DNA of 64,000 nt from a virus (lineage: Duplodnaviria; Caudoviricetes). Under the pieces are notes generated by a model. That model saw only the letters and a list, made by a program, of their open reading frames with translations. It searched no databases and was not told the DNA's origin. The position numbers and the translations under genes are program-made. This document shows positions 18,820-28,218 of the stretch, piece after piece (within the stretch, counting starts at the first letter, position 1; each line of letters opens with the position of its first letter). Location of the stretch: IMG/VR virus record IMGVR_UViG_3300017722_005389. One strand, given 5' to 3'.

Positions 18820-19263
18820 ATGGCAAAAATTACTAAAGCTTCAGAAGAAACTATTGAAATCTTCAAAGAAAGAGCATCTCATTTGAATTTTAGCGAAGTC
18901 AAATGGACAGTTCACAATCAAGAAGATCTCAAAATGTCTAAAGACCACATGTGTGGAAAAGTTATTGTTAACAATCCTCATGCAGCAATGCATGGCTACG
19001 ATGTCATCTTCGTATTGAATGAAGATATTTTTGATAACCTCATCGATGAATATCAAAAAATGGTAGTAGATAAACTTTTTGCACAAGTTAATGTAGACCT
19101 CGAAAAAGAAAAAATTTCAAAAGCAACCCCAGATATTCAAGAATTCTCAGGGCTTCTTTTGAAATATGGAAACGAGCTACTTTCACTAAGAAGTGAAATC
19201 GAAAGATTGTATAATAAAGCAAAGGAAGATGAAACTAAAAATGATGGGACATCTGTAGATTAG
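18820..19263 (+). CDS. Putative phage metallopeptidase-like protein (degenerate)
   Basis: DVIFVLNEDIFD...PDIQEFSGLLLKYG resembles that family, but no HE motif is visible. Confidence 0.45.
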   Translation: MAKITKASEETIEIFKERASHLNFSEVKWTVHNQEDLKMSKDHMCGKVIVNNPHAAMHGYDVIFVLNEDIFDNLIDEYQKMVVDKLFAQVNVDLEKEKISKATPDIQEFSGLLLKYGNELLSLRSEIERLYNKAKEDETKNDGTSVD

Positions 19264-19415
19264 CTAATACCTTCTCTCATTCTTTTTAACAACTCTTCTC
19301 TAATTTGTGCTTTCGTTTTTTCTTTCTTACTGAAAGAGGCAGTTAAATTTAATTGTTTCGCACTATAAGAGTAAACAATAGTTTTACTTTTATTTTTATT
19401 ACATCCGCAAGCCAT
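19260..19415 (-). CDS. Small late protein MACGCNK... (51 aa, missed by the ORF track)
   Basis: Hand-translated MACGCNKNKSKTIVYSYSAKQLNLTASFSKKEKTKAQIREELLKRMREGIS; late motif at 19431-19438 (TATTTATA on the minus strand). Confidence 0.7.
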   Translation of the reverse strand: MACGCNKNKSKTIVYSYSAKQLNLTASFSKKEKTKAQIREELLKRMREGIS

Positions 19416-19455
19416 AATATTTCTTTTTTATATAAATATCTAATAACTATAAATT

Positions 19456-20211
19456 ATGAAATCTATTAATTCAATAATTTCTTACATTATTATTATAATA
19501 ATCGCTTTAATGCTTTTAAAATTCTTTTCTTCAAAAGAAGATGTTAATCTTTCTAATGAATCTAAAAATTCTAATTATAAATATATAAAAGAAAAAAGGG
19601 TTTTGAGTTCTATTAATGAAGTGAAATATGTTGCCGAAGAACATATTAATGAACTTAAAAAAGTTTACGAGAAAAAAAATATTTCTAAAAAAGAAAAGGA
19701 TTTTATTTTAGGGCTTATTAGAGTTTCATTGGAAGAAGAATATAAATTTGGAATACCTGCAAATATAAAGATAGCACAATCTATTGTCGAATCTGGATGG
19801 GGTCGGGATGGGATAGCTAAAAATTATAATAACTACTATGGTATAAAACATAAAAGCTATTATACAAAAGAAGAAAAACCTCTTGTAAGCAAACCTGTTT
19901 CATTAAGAACTCACGAGTATACTAAAGAAGGTAAGAAGTATTATATTGATGATAAATTTATCTCTTATGAAAGTAGATGGGCTTCTATAAGACATCATTC
20001 AATATTCCTTAAAACCCAAATGGAAATTTCAAGTAGAAATGGATATAAAAATTTAAATGATATCCCTACGAATGATTACAGGGGCTGGGCTCATAATTTA
20101 CAAAAAGCAGGATACGCTACTTCCCCACATTATGCCACAAATTTAATTAAAATAATTGAATACTATGGCTTAGAAAATATAAATTTAAGTCAAAAAGGCA
20201 TTTCATCCTAA
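19456..20211 (+). CDS. Glucosaminidase/FlgJ-like (GH73) peptidoglycan hydrolase with N-terminal TM anchor
   Basis: GIPANIKIAQSIVESGWG, NNYYGIK, GYATSPHYATNLIKII. Confidence 0.85.
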   Translation: MKSINSIISYIIIIIIALMLLKFFSSKEDVNLSNESKNSNYKYIKEKRVLSSINEVKYVAEEHINELKKVYEKKNISKKEKDFILGLIRVSLEEEYKFGIPANIKIAQSIVESGWGRDGIAKNYNNYYGIKHKSYYTKEEKPLVSKPVSLRTHEYTKEGKKYYIDDKFISYESRWASIRHHSIFLKTQMEISSRNGYKNLNDIPTNDYRGWAHNLQKAGYATSPHYATNLIKIIEYYGLENINLSQKGISS

Positions 20212-20279
20212 ATAAAATATGCCATTATGGCATTGGCATACAGTTTGAAAAAAAAAATCATACAAAAACAATTATAACT

Positions 20280-20591
20280 ATGGATATTTTTAATTTTTTA
20301 GAAAACTTTTTTGAGAAATCAAAAAACCCTCTTGAAAGCATGAAGGCTAAACACGGAGGAAAAATCGAAACAACTTACCAGAAGCTTACGAGAGTAAAAA
20401 AAGTTTGGACTTCTGAAGATGGTACAATGTCACAAGAGTATGTGTCTTATATTGAAGGAGATCCTGATGAAAAAGAAATTAAGCTTCAAAGCCTTTTTGA
20501 GGAGAAAAATGAAGCTCTCAAAAAAGAAGACTATGAAAGATGTGCTGAAATCAAAAAAGAGATTGAGGCTTTAAAAAAAACACAAAAATAA
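20280..20591 (+). CDS. UVR (UvrB/UvrC) domain protein
   Basis: C-terminal EALKKEDYERCAEIKKEI. Confidence 0.65.
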   Translation: MDIFNFLENFFEKSKNPLESMKAKHGGKIETTYQKLTRVKKVWTSEDGTMSQEYVSYIEGDPDEKEIKLQSLFEEKNEALKKEDYERCAEIKKEIEALKKTQK

Positions 20592-20598
20592 AAATTTG

Positions 20599-20628
20599 GG
20601 TGGGAGCATCTCCCACCTTTATTTTTTT
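20599..20628 (+). terminator. Intrinsic terminator
   Basis: GGTGGGAG-CAT-CTCCCACC followed by TTTATTTTTTT. Confidence 0.75.
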
Positions 20629-20658
20629 ATACTTTTTTCTATATTAAAAATAAAAAAA

Positions 20659-21003
20659 ATGGAGATAAAAACTTTTCCCGAAGAACCGTTTAATGATTTA
20701 TTTTTAGCAATGGATATTACTTCATCTCATGATAGAGAAGAATTTTTTACAGCAATTTCATTTTTTACTAATGAATGCGAAAAAATAGCTAAAGATCAAA
20801 ACTTAGAAGAAGGCAATGAAATAAGTGCATACTTTAATTGGCGAGCAATTGAGTCTGACAGGTATTTTAAAGTTTTCTTTACGTATTACCATTCAGAAGA
20901 ACTTTATGTTGGAGTTGACAGTTTTGAAGAAATTTCTAAAGAAGAATATATCGAAACTTATAATAACATTCCAAACGAAGATTGTGGTTGCAATGGAGAA
21001 TAA
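20659..21003 (+). CDS. Hypothetical phage protein
   Basis: ATG at 20659 after an A-rich leader; the track's TTG start lies in the terminator. Confidence 0.6.
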   Translation: MEIKTFPEEPFNDLFLAMDITSSHDREEFFTAISFFTNECEKIAKDQNLEEGNEISAYFNWRAIESDRYFKVFFTYYHSEELYVGVDSFEEISKEEYIETYNNIPNEDCGCNGE

Positions 21004-21436
21004 CAAAATAAAAGAATTGTTAGATATATCTGCAAACATAGACATGTTAAATGCGGAAATTAGTGCTCTAATCGATATGAGTAAAATACCGTACCGCATA
21101 GTTTATGTTCCAGATGAACATTTTGTTCTTGATGAGAATATGAAATATTCTGCACATGAACCCGAAGAATATCTAATGTTAGATGGAAATCCTGAATCTA
21201 AACAATCAAAAATGCCAACAAATGGATTTTCAATAACAACTATACTCAGAGGAAGAAAGGAGCAAACTACCCAATATCTAAACATTATAGGTCAAATTGG
21301 GACAAAAATTTTATTTATAAGACCTTTTATTGAAGGTAATAATTTAAAAGTTTTTAATCCAAGCCCTAGTGGTGGATGGCATATAAGAGTAGCCTTATTA
21401 AAAGAAACGGATTATAAAAGAATTGGGATGATTTAA
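20993..21436 (+). CDS. Hypothetical phage protein
   Basis: MENNKIKELL start overlaps the previous stop. Confidence 0.6.
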   Translation: MENNKIKELLDISANIDMLNAEISALIDMSKIPYRIVYVPDEHFVLDENMKYSAHEPEEYLMLDGNPESKQSKMPTNGFSITTILRGRKEQTTQYLNIIGQIGTKILFIRPFIEGNNLKVFNPSPSGGWHIRVALLKETDYKRIGMI

Positions 21437-21828
21437 CGTCTTAGGAAATATGTATAAAAAAGATGGAACCCTAATAGATTTATAAAGGTGAATAAACTCA
21501 ATAAAATATATAGCGTTTCTAAAGAATATTTTGTTCCAAGCAACATTCCCCCTGCTATTGATAAATAAATGCCTGTATGGCGAATTAAATTACCTGTATG
21601 CCATATATCTGTCGTAAAAACAAATATAGTGCTTAAGAGGTAGTTTTTTATTGGATTAGAATGGTATTTTCGAATATAAGTGTATTCTTTAGAACCAAAA
21701 AATGATTCTTTGGGGAATTTATTAAAAATAGATTTCCCCCAAACAGTTTCATTATCGGTAATATCCGAAACGGCTTTCCCAAAAAAAACAAAAAAGCACC
21801 CGATGAAAAAAATGAACATGCCTACCAT
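21433..21828 (-). CDS. Membrane protein
   Basis: Hydrophobic segments; FTTDIWH motif. Confidence 0.55.
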   Translation of the reverse strand: MVGMFIFFIGCFFVFFGKAVSDITDNETVWGKSIFNKFPKESFFGSKEYTYIRKYHSNPIKNYLLSTIFVFTTDIWHTGNLIRHTGIYLSIAGGMLLGTKYSLETLYILLSLFTFINLLGFHLFYTYFLRR

Positions 21829-22031
21829 AATCTTAAATATTTACCATAAGCATAAACACCTAACCCTGAGATAGGTAAAACAATAACTAAAACAGCCCAA
21901 AGAGGTAACATTTGAAGATGGTATAGATTAAATGCAACGCCTGACATAAAGCCTAGCATAAGTAAAATTGGAAGCACTTGAACTAAAATGCGATAACCTC
22001 CAGATAAAATAATAAATAATAAATCTTTCAT
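21822..22031 (-). CDS. Small two-TM membrane protein
   Basis: 69 aa, almost wholly hydrophobic. Confidence 0.5.
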   Translation of the reverse strand: MKDLLFIILSGGYRILVQVLPILLMLGFMSGVAFNLYHLQMLPLWAVLVIVLPISGLGVYAYGKYLRLW

Positions 22032-22034
22032 TTT

Positions 22035-22568
22035 ATGATAAATATTCAGATAAGTACAGAAATTCCAAAATTTTTCAGAGATTTACATATGAAATCTGAA
22101 AAAGTTTCTTTTGAATCATATGTTCTTGATAAAATAAAAAATATTGAAACACCTTTAGACTCTAATATTTTCAATAATTTAATTGAAAATTTTAAACTTT
22201 ATAATGAGATTCAAATAAGAATTCCTATTTATGGAAATTCTATATTTTTTTTTGGTAATTGTTTGGTTTTTGAAGAAAAAAATAATATTTTTGTACCATC
22301 AGATTATTTTCCTGGTACTGGAGCTTCTGAATTAAATTTGATTGATGGATATATATATTCAGAACATGTTAAAGTATCACAAGTTCCAGATACAAAAATA
22401 CGAAGTCATATTATAAAAAATTTTAATCTTTCAGAAACTATCAATTTATTTTCAAACAAACAATTTCTTTCAGAGTACATTGAATTAATTGATAAAGTTA
22501 ATTTAACAGCTGAAATGAAATTATATGAAGATTGGATATTATTTAATTTAAATATTATTAAAAAATGA
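22035..22568 (+). CDS. Hypothetical phage protein
   Basis: 177 aa; ATGA overlap with the next gene. Confidence 0.6.
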   Translation: MINIQISTEIPKFFRDLHMKSEKVSFESYVLDKIKNIETPLDSNIFNNLIENFKLYNEIQIRIPIYGNSIFFFGNCLVFEEKNNIFVPSDYFPGTGASELNLIDGYIYSEHVKVSQVPDTKIRSHIIKNFNLSETINLFSNKQFLSEYIELIDKVNLTAEMKLYEDWILFNLNIIKK

Positions 22569-23146
22569 TTACATTTGCATTATCTTTAGCAGTAACAGTT
22601 TTGTTTTTACTTTTATGTTTATTCACTGTTGTATATCGTCAGGAATTTAAAAAAAATATAGAACTGTCTAATAATATTAAAAAAATAGGTTCTTATTTAG
22701 AAGTAGCAAAAACTCTTACTAATGATTCGAGAGGTTATTATAAATACAAATACTTAGATACAGTATTTAATCTTGAGAACACTATAAATATTCCTTTTGA
22801 AATTGAAAGATTTTCTTTAAAGCACGATAAAGTATTGATCAGGTTTTTATTTAAAGAATTTCTCAATGAAAATCAAAGCAAAGGTATAAATATAGTTTTT
22901 GATGAGAATACTATCAAATTTCTTAAAATGATTGAATCTCAATGGTATGACGTAGATTCTGAAAATATTGTATGGGAAGATATAACTAGTTATTCAAAAG
23001 AACCTTTATTTAATGAATTTGAAGAAAAAGAAGTTTTAGAAATAGAATTAACTTTTCATGAAAAGCAAGATATAAATGGTTTTTTAAAATTCTCAACAAT
23101 TTCTGAAGAAACCAAAATAAATATCAAAAAAATTCTTAATCTATGA
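22565..23146 (+). CDS. Membrane-anchored hypothetical protein
   Basis: N-terminal TM helix; ATGA overlaps at both ends. Confidence 0.6.
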   Translation: MITFALSLAVTVLFLLLCLFTVVYRQEFKKNIELSNNIKKIGSYLEVAKTLTNDSRGYYKYKYLDTVFNLENTINIPFEIERFSLKHDKVLIRFLFKEFLNENQSKGINIVFDENTIKFLKMIESQWYDVDSENIVWEDITSYSKEPLFNEFEEKEVLEIELTFHEKQDINGFLKFSTISEETKINIKKILNL

Positions 23147-23673
23147 ATTATGATATAGAAGTGATGCGAAGATATGATACTAAGGAATTAGTTAATATAA
23201 AAACCTTTTATCAGGAAGTTATCGCTTCTAAAGAAAATTTTGATGTTTACATAGGAACCGATTCACAGTTCATTGCAGGCAAAATTAATTATACCACAGT
23301 AATAGCATTCAGATTTGGAAATAAAGGCGTGAGAGGGCTATATAGGACCTTAACTGAAATACAAAATACTTTTCATTTGTACGAAAAAAAAGGTAAAAAG
23401 AAACATAGACCTGTAGACAGAAAAAAAACCTTCAATAGTGAAATTTATGAGCGTCTTAGGAAAGAAACACTGCTTTCTATAGAAACTGCAAATTTCGTAA
23501 AAAAATTTTTGAAAGTGAAACAAATTGATTTAGACTATAGCACTAAAGCTATCAACATAAGTAATAATATTGTAGCAGAATGTCAGGCATTATGTTCATA
23601 TAACGAATTCAAGGTTTCTTTAAAAGGTGATGAACAAGTTGCTACACCATTTGCTGATAAAATTTGTAAATAA
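23143..23673 (+). CDS. RNase H-like YkuK/DUF458 family protein
   Basis: VYIGTDSQ...YTTVIAFR...RLRKETLLSIETA...IDLD. Confidence 0.75.
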   Translation: MNYDIEVMRRYDTKELVNIKTFYQEVIASKENFDVYIGTDSQFIAGKINYTTVIAFRFGNKGVRGLYRTLTEIQNTFHLYEKKGKKKHRPVDRKKTFNSEIYERLRKETLLSIETANFVKKFLKVKQIDLDYSTKAINISNNIVAECQALCSYNEFKVSLKGDEQVATPFADKICK

Positions 23674-24089
23674 TGAATCAAGAAAACCCAGTACTCTTCA
23701 GATATCTTTTTAATGTTAACAACCCAAGTGATTGTGAAAAATCATTTATGGATAAAATTAATAATAATTCTGAAACTTTAGAACTTTTAAAAGATTTTGA
23801 TAAATTTCTAAGGGTATATCATCGTTATAGCCAATCAAAAATTGAAGAAATATTTAGGTTTATTTGTATGAACATAAGATTCCTTTCTCTAAAAACTATG
23901 ATAGATTCTGCAGTTGATAATACTTCTGATGAAGAATTGGTAGAGATCTTTGGAGATAGTATTTATGAGTATATGTATAATTATTGCATTGAATTGGAGT
24001 ATACTGATTTTAGAGCTGAAAAATATGCCCAACTTTATAAAAATTCATATAAATCAAATATAAAATTTTTTCTAAATGATAATCATTAA
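23673..24089 (+). CDS. Hypothetical phage protein
   Basis: 138 aa, coupled. Confidence 0.6.
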   Translation: MNQENPVLFRYLFNVNNPSDCEKSFMDKINNNSETLELLKDFDKFLRVYHRYSQSKIEEIFRFICMNIRFLSLKTMIDSAVDNTSDEELVEIFGDSIYEYMYNYCIELEYTDFRAEKYAQLYKNSYKSNIKFFLNDNH

Positions 24090-24660
24090 TTTCTATAAAC
24101 AAATTGAAACTTCTTGGGAAGAATTGAAAGTTAAAGCTATTCAAGAAGTTGAAAATTATGAAAAACATTTAATCGCTAACCCTATTCCAGTCGTGTTGGC
24201 ATTAGAAGAATGTTCAGATTATAAAAAAGCAGCCTCTTTAGGATTAAGAACTTTTATTCTTCAGGTGATAAATGATTGGAGTGCAAATGAAGACCCAATT
24301 CAATATTTGAATGACACATTTTTCCAAAGATTTGATATTATCGAATTGGATGGATTCTTAACTCCAAAATTAAAAATTGAAAAAATTAATTCCACTAAAG
24401 AATTATTTGATTTATTAAAGAAATCCAATATAAAAGTTTCTTTAGAAATTTTTGAAAAAATTCATTCGCTATATGAATTGAATCCAAATATATTCTGTGA
24501 TATCATTGAAGTACAATATGCGTTTATTGAAACTGAAGAGTTTTCTGAATATGAAGGCAAAACATTAGATAAATACCATGATGGTATTCCAGATGATGAA
24601 GATGATGAAGATGATGAAGATGAAGATGATGATGAAGATGATTTCGAACTCCCTTATTAA
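24076..24660 (+). CDS. Hypothetical protein with acidic tail
   Basis: C-terminal D/E tract. Confidence 0.6.
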   Translation: MIIINFYKQIETSWEELKVKAIQEVENYEKHLIANPIPVVLALEECSDYKKAASLGLRTFILQVINDWSANEDPIQYLNDTFFQRFDIIELDGFLTPKLKIEKINSTKELFDLLKKSNIKVSLEIFEKIHSLYELNPNIFCDIIEVQYAFIETEEFSEYEGKTLDKYHDGIPDDEDDEDDEDEDDDEDDFELPY

Positions 24661-24688
24661 TTAGAATTATAACAAGTAAATAGTAATT

Positions 24689-25123
24689 ATGCAAAAACCA
24701 ACTTACAAAGATCCTGAATTTGGATTACTTACGGCTGAAGAAGTTATAAAAACTTTAGAATTTGATCCAGATTCTGGAGAAATTATAGGTACTTCTGAAG
24801 ATGAAATATATAAGCTTCCTAATGGAGAATTTTGTATCATAATGAACAAAATTTTCAAAGATGCTCAAAATAATCCAATATCCAGCAGACACTTTGTTTT
24901 GAGAGATTGGTTGAAAAAAATTAATTCAGAAGATTTTACTACATACAAAACTCCCATAACACACGGTGATGAACAAGAAGGTAATAAATATGTAAATATT
25001 TCTAAAACAGAGATTGGAGACTATTTTGTGAATGTTATGGAAGTACATTTTGGTTATGATAATCCGCATGAATCAAAATGGTATATTAAAAAAGATTGGA
25101 TAGAAATTTTATCTAAATATTAA
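24689..25123 (+). CDS. Hypothetical phage protein
   Basis: 144-aa ORF. Confidence 0.6.
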   Translation: MQKPTYKDPEFGLLTAEEVIKTLEFDPDSGEIIGTSEDEIYKLPNGEFCIIMNKIFKDAQNNPISSRHFVLRDWLKKINSEDFTTYKTPITHGDEQEGNKYVNISKTEIGDYFVNVMEVHFGYDNPHESKWYIKKDWIEILSKY

Positions 25124-25153
25124 TTTTATTAATTAACCAACTATTTAAAAACA

Positions 25154-25486
25154 ATGATAATTTCAAAAGAAGATCAATCGTTCCTTGATAACCATAAATT
25201 TGTTCTCTACTACGTAGGAATAGAAAATCAAAATGCTTATTCATTTGCAAATTCAGGGTTTCAATATGAGTTAGTCTGCCATCCACAGAATGGCTGGGCT
25301 TATCATGTAGAAAGACATAAAAGAATGATATTTGACAGCAGAATAGCACCTAAATATTATAAAACAGCTGAAGAAGCATTCAGTATTGCATCAGGCAGTG
25401 TTAAAGATTATGAGATAAATGGTTACAAGGTAAACAATAAAATTAATCACGAAAATAGAAATATACGAGGTAAAAACTACAATTAA
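25154..25486 (+). CDS. Hypothetical phage protein
   Basis: 110-aa ORF. Confidence 0.55.
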   Translation: MIISKEDQSFLDNHKFVLYYVGIENQNAYSFANSGFQYELVCHPQNGWAYHVERHKRMIFDSRIAPKYYKTAEEAFSIASGSVKDYEINGYKVNNKINHENRNIRGKNYN

Positions 25487-25499
25487 ATATAAATCAAAC

Positions 25500-26360
25500 A
25501 TGAATCAGAACAGACATTTTTTAACAGACTCATTTTACCCTCAAATCCCATTTGAAAAATTTACAAAACTCACAAAGAAGCTTCGTGAATTCTTCCTTGA
25601 TAAAAAAGGATTTATGGAGGTTCACCCTCAAAACAGGCTAGCAATCCTTTCTGCTTGCGAAAATCCCCATTCAATTGTGAAGTTTCAATACGAAAATTTA
25701 GACTATCCTCTTCCGCAAACAGGTCAGATGACTCTTGAAGATTATCTTCTTCTTCATCCAGAGCAAAAAGGTTTCTTTTGCATCACAACTTCCTATAGAA
25801 ATGAAAAAACCCCTGAAGTAGGAAGACATGCAAAAATTTTTCCAATGGCAGAATTTGAACTTCCTGGAGGTTTTTCTGAACTTCTTCAGATGGAAATTGA
25901 GCTTCTTCAGTTTTTAGGTTTCGAAGGAGAATATCCAACAAATCAATATGAAACTGTCGCATCAGAATATGGTGTTAAAGAAATTGATTCTCCAACTGAA
26001 TTGAAAATTGCTGAGAAATATGGTGAAGTTTTTATGTTAACACACTTCCCAGAACATACAAATCCATTCTGGAATATGAAAAGAAATGAAAATGGAACAG
26101 CAAATAAATGTGATGTTTTGATTCATGGAATGGAAACTATCGGTTCTGCAGAACGTTCTTGTGATGTTGAACAAATGAGAGATATTTTCTTTGCTATTGA
26201 AGATGGTAAATATGTTGAGAAACTTTTTGAACTCTTCGGATATGACAGGGTTATTAAAGAACTGAATGAATTTCTTTCGCATAATTTTATCCAAAGATCT
26301 GGCGGTGGAATTGGTCTTACAAGACTTGCAAGAGGAATGGAATTATCTGGTCTTTTGTAA
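25500..26360 (+). CDS. Stand-alone class IIb aminoacyl-tRNA synthetase-like catalytic domain (AsnRS/AspRS paralogue)
   Basis: Motif 1 GFMEVHP, motif 2 TTSYRNE...RH..IFPMAEFE, ETIGSAER, motif 3 RSGGGIGLTRL; no N-terminal OB anticodon-binding domain. Confidence 0.8.
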   Translation: MNQNRHFLTDSFYPQIPFEKFTKLTKKLREFFLDKKGFMEVHPQNRLAILSACENPHSIVKFQYENLDYPLPQTGQMTLEDYLLLHPEQKGFFCITTSYRNEKTPEVGRHAKIFPMAEFELPGGFSELLQMEIELLQFLGFEGEYPTNQYETVASEYGVKEIDSPTELKIAEKYGEVFMLTHFPEHTNPFWNMKRNENGTANKCDVLIHGMETIGSAERSCDVEQMRDIFFAIEDGKYVEKLFELFGYDRVIKELNEFLSHNFIQRSGGGIGLTRLARGMELSGLL

Positions 26361-26363
26361 TAC

Positions 26364-26407
26364 AAAAAAAAAACTCTTAAGAAAAAATATTAAGAGTTTT
26401 TTTTTTC
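26364..26407. terminator. Bidirectional terminator between convergent genes
   Basis: A10-CTCTTAA...TTAAGAG-T10. Confidence 0.8.
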
Positions 26408-26411
26408 AGAT

Positions 26412-26633
26412 CTATTCTTCCCCAAATAATGGTGGTACAGGTTTTGCCACATACTCAATCAAAGGCAAATCTTTTACCCATTGAAATTCAGGTGTAACAC
26501 ATTGTTCCATTTCTTCCAAACTGATAATCCAATTGTCTGAATTATCCAAAATGGGATTGAAAAAACTGTCAGGAGCATACATTTGTCCCACCAAACTGTC
26601 TTTTTCAATTCCTGTTAAAAGTCCTACTTCCAT
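26412..26633 (-). CDS. Small tail-fibre-associated protein
   Basis: Last gene of the minus-strand fibre operon. Confidence 0.5.
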   Translation of the reverse strand: MEVGLLTGIEKDSLVGQMYAPDSFFNPILDNSDNWIISLEEMEQCVTPEFQWVKDLPLIEYVAKPVPPLFGEE

Positions 26634-26646
26634 ATTTTTAATTATT

Positions 26647-28218
26647 TTATACTTGTCTCCCTAAAGTTGTGTTAAATGCCTGCACGGCTGTATAAAAATT
26701 ACTTGCATCAGTATCTGTTAAGCCATCACCGATGGAAGCAAAAGCATATTGTTTGTTTGAATAAAGACCTGAATTCGGTGTGCCCGAATTATTTGAATTT
26801 GCTAAAAATAAACTAAAAGTAGGTCTACCATTTGCAGCATTAGTAAATGAACCTAAAGTAGTATTATTTTTAAAAACTTTAACGGCTGTCCCAATTCTAT
26901 TAGCTATATAATTACCAACTGAATTAGCATCAGCAGGATTAACAGGTGCTAAATTATTAGAATAAAATTCAGTTGCATTTGTAAAATAAACTCTTAATTG
27001 CAACGCTCTTGTTCCATCAAAAGTACCTAATTCAACATCATTTTGTGTTTGATTTAATCTTGAGTAAACTGATATATGATGATTATTATCTACTGCATAT
27101 TGCGCACTTGGAACTAAAAAAGTATCGGCATAACCATTTGTACCATTTGCTTGAACACCATTTGCCGTATGTGTCCAACCTCCAAAAAACACTAATCTAA
27201 AAGCCGCATTTGTATCTAACGGATTTTTTAGGTTAAACTTGTGAGTAGTAGCAGTACCACCAACAAAAGGATATATAGCTTTCATCTTAGTCCAAATACC
27301 ATAGCCTTTCATATCTAAAACTAAGGTATTGATAGCTTGCGCTTGGACTTGGTCTTGAATGTCAGCAGCAGTAACAAATGCTTGAGCATCAGGATCACTA
27401 ACTGTCTGTGGTCCTACTGACCTACCTAAAGTTGTGTTAAATGCCTGCACGGCTGTGTATAAATTACTTGCATCTGTATCTGTTAAGCCGTCATGGATAG
27501 ATGCAAAAGCGCATTCTCGATTTGAATAATTAAAAGTATTACCATTAACTGCTCCTAAATAAATTGAATTTGTTGAATTCCCTGTACTTAATTCACTATT
27601 AGTTGCACTTGAAATACCATTCTTAAAAATTTTTGTTAAATTATTTGCAGTTCTTGTTATAGTGTATAAGCCTAATGCATTAGCGTCTACAAATTGTGCA
27701 AATGTGCCAGCATTTGAACTTTGTAATATACCATAAGTTCTTGTTGAAGACAAATAGCTTCTTATGGCTAATATTGTATATTGTAAACCTGCCCCAACCC
27801 AAGACCCCATATTTATTGAATTATTTGCAGGTGTTGTATTTGTTCTTGAATAATAGGATAAGCCAATTGAGTTTAATGTAATAGTTGTGCTTGGTACTAA
27901 AAAACTATTAGCAAAAGCATTCGTGCCATTTGGAGTAGCACCTGTACTGCTATGAGTCCAACCCCCACTAAAAACTAACCTAAATGCTGCGTTAGTATCT
28001 AACGGATTTTTTAAATTCCATTTATGACTTGAAGCTGTACCTCCAACCATTGGGTATACAGCCTTCATCTTGCTCCATATTCCTGCAGCTTTCAAATTTA
28101 CCACCAATTGATTGATAGCGTTCTTTTGAGTGTTATCAGTTATAGCTGCAGCCGTAATAAACGCTTGAGCATCCGCATCTGATACACTTGAACCAAATAT
28201 ATAAGAATTTATTATCAT
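26647..28218 (-). CDS. Putative receptor-binding/virion protein made of two tandem ~255-aa domains
   Basis: SD(A/P)DAQAF..AA ... NLKNPLDTNAAFRLVF ... AVQAFNTTLGR occurs twice; exact 32-nt repeat at 26660-26691 and 27425-27456. Confidence 0.65.
   Translation of the reverse strand: MIINSYIFGSSVSDADAQAFITAAAITDNTQKNAINQLVVNLKAAGIWSKMKAVYPMVGGTASSHKWNLKNPLDTNAAFRLVFSGGWTHSSTGATPNGTNAFANSFLVPSTTITLNSIGLSYYSRTNTTPANNSINMGSWVGAGLQYTILAIRSYLSSTRTYGILQSSNAGTFAQFVDANALGLYTITRTANNLTKIFKNGISSATNSELSTGNSTNSIYLGAVNGNTFNYSNRECAFASIHDGLTDTDASNLYTAVQAFNTTLGRSVGPQTVSDPDAQAFVTAADIQDQVQAQAINTLVLDMKGYGIWTKMKAIYPFVGGTATTHKFNLKNPLDTNAAFRLVFFGGWTHTANGVQANGTNGYADTFLVPSAQYAVDNNHHISVYSRLNQTQNDVELGTFDGTRALQLRVYFTNATEFYSNNLAPVNPADANSVGNYIANRIGTAVKVFKNNTTLGSFTNAANGRPTFSLFLANSNNSGTPNSGLYSNKQYAFASIGDGLTDTDASNFYTAVQAFNTTLGRQV

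Noticed and set aside
20596-20658. TTG start extension of ORF 20596 (and similar upstream extensions at 20825, 36511, 55480, 56102, 56325, 57900)
   Set aside because: The extensions run through terminators, promoters or neighbouring genes; downstream ATGs with A-rich leaders are more plausible.
24594-24645. GAT/GAA trinucleotide run
   Set aside because: An ordinary acidic protein tail, not a separate element.
26647-28218. Possible DGR template/variable repeat pair
   Set aside because: Both copies are in-frame parts of one ORF, differences are not confined to adenines, and no reverse transcriptase is in the window.
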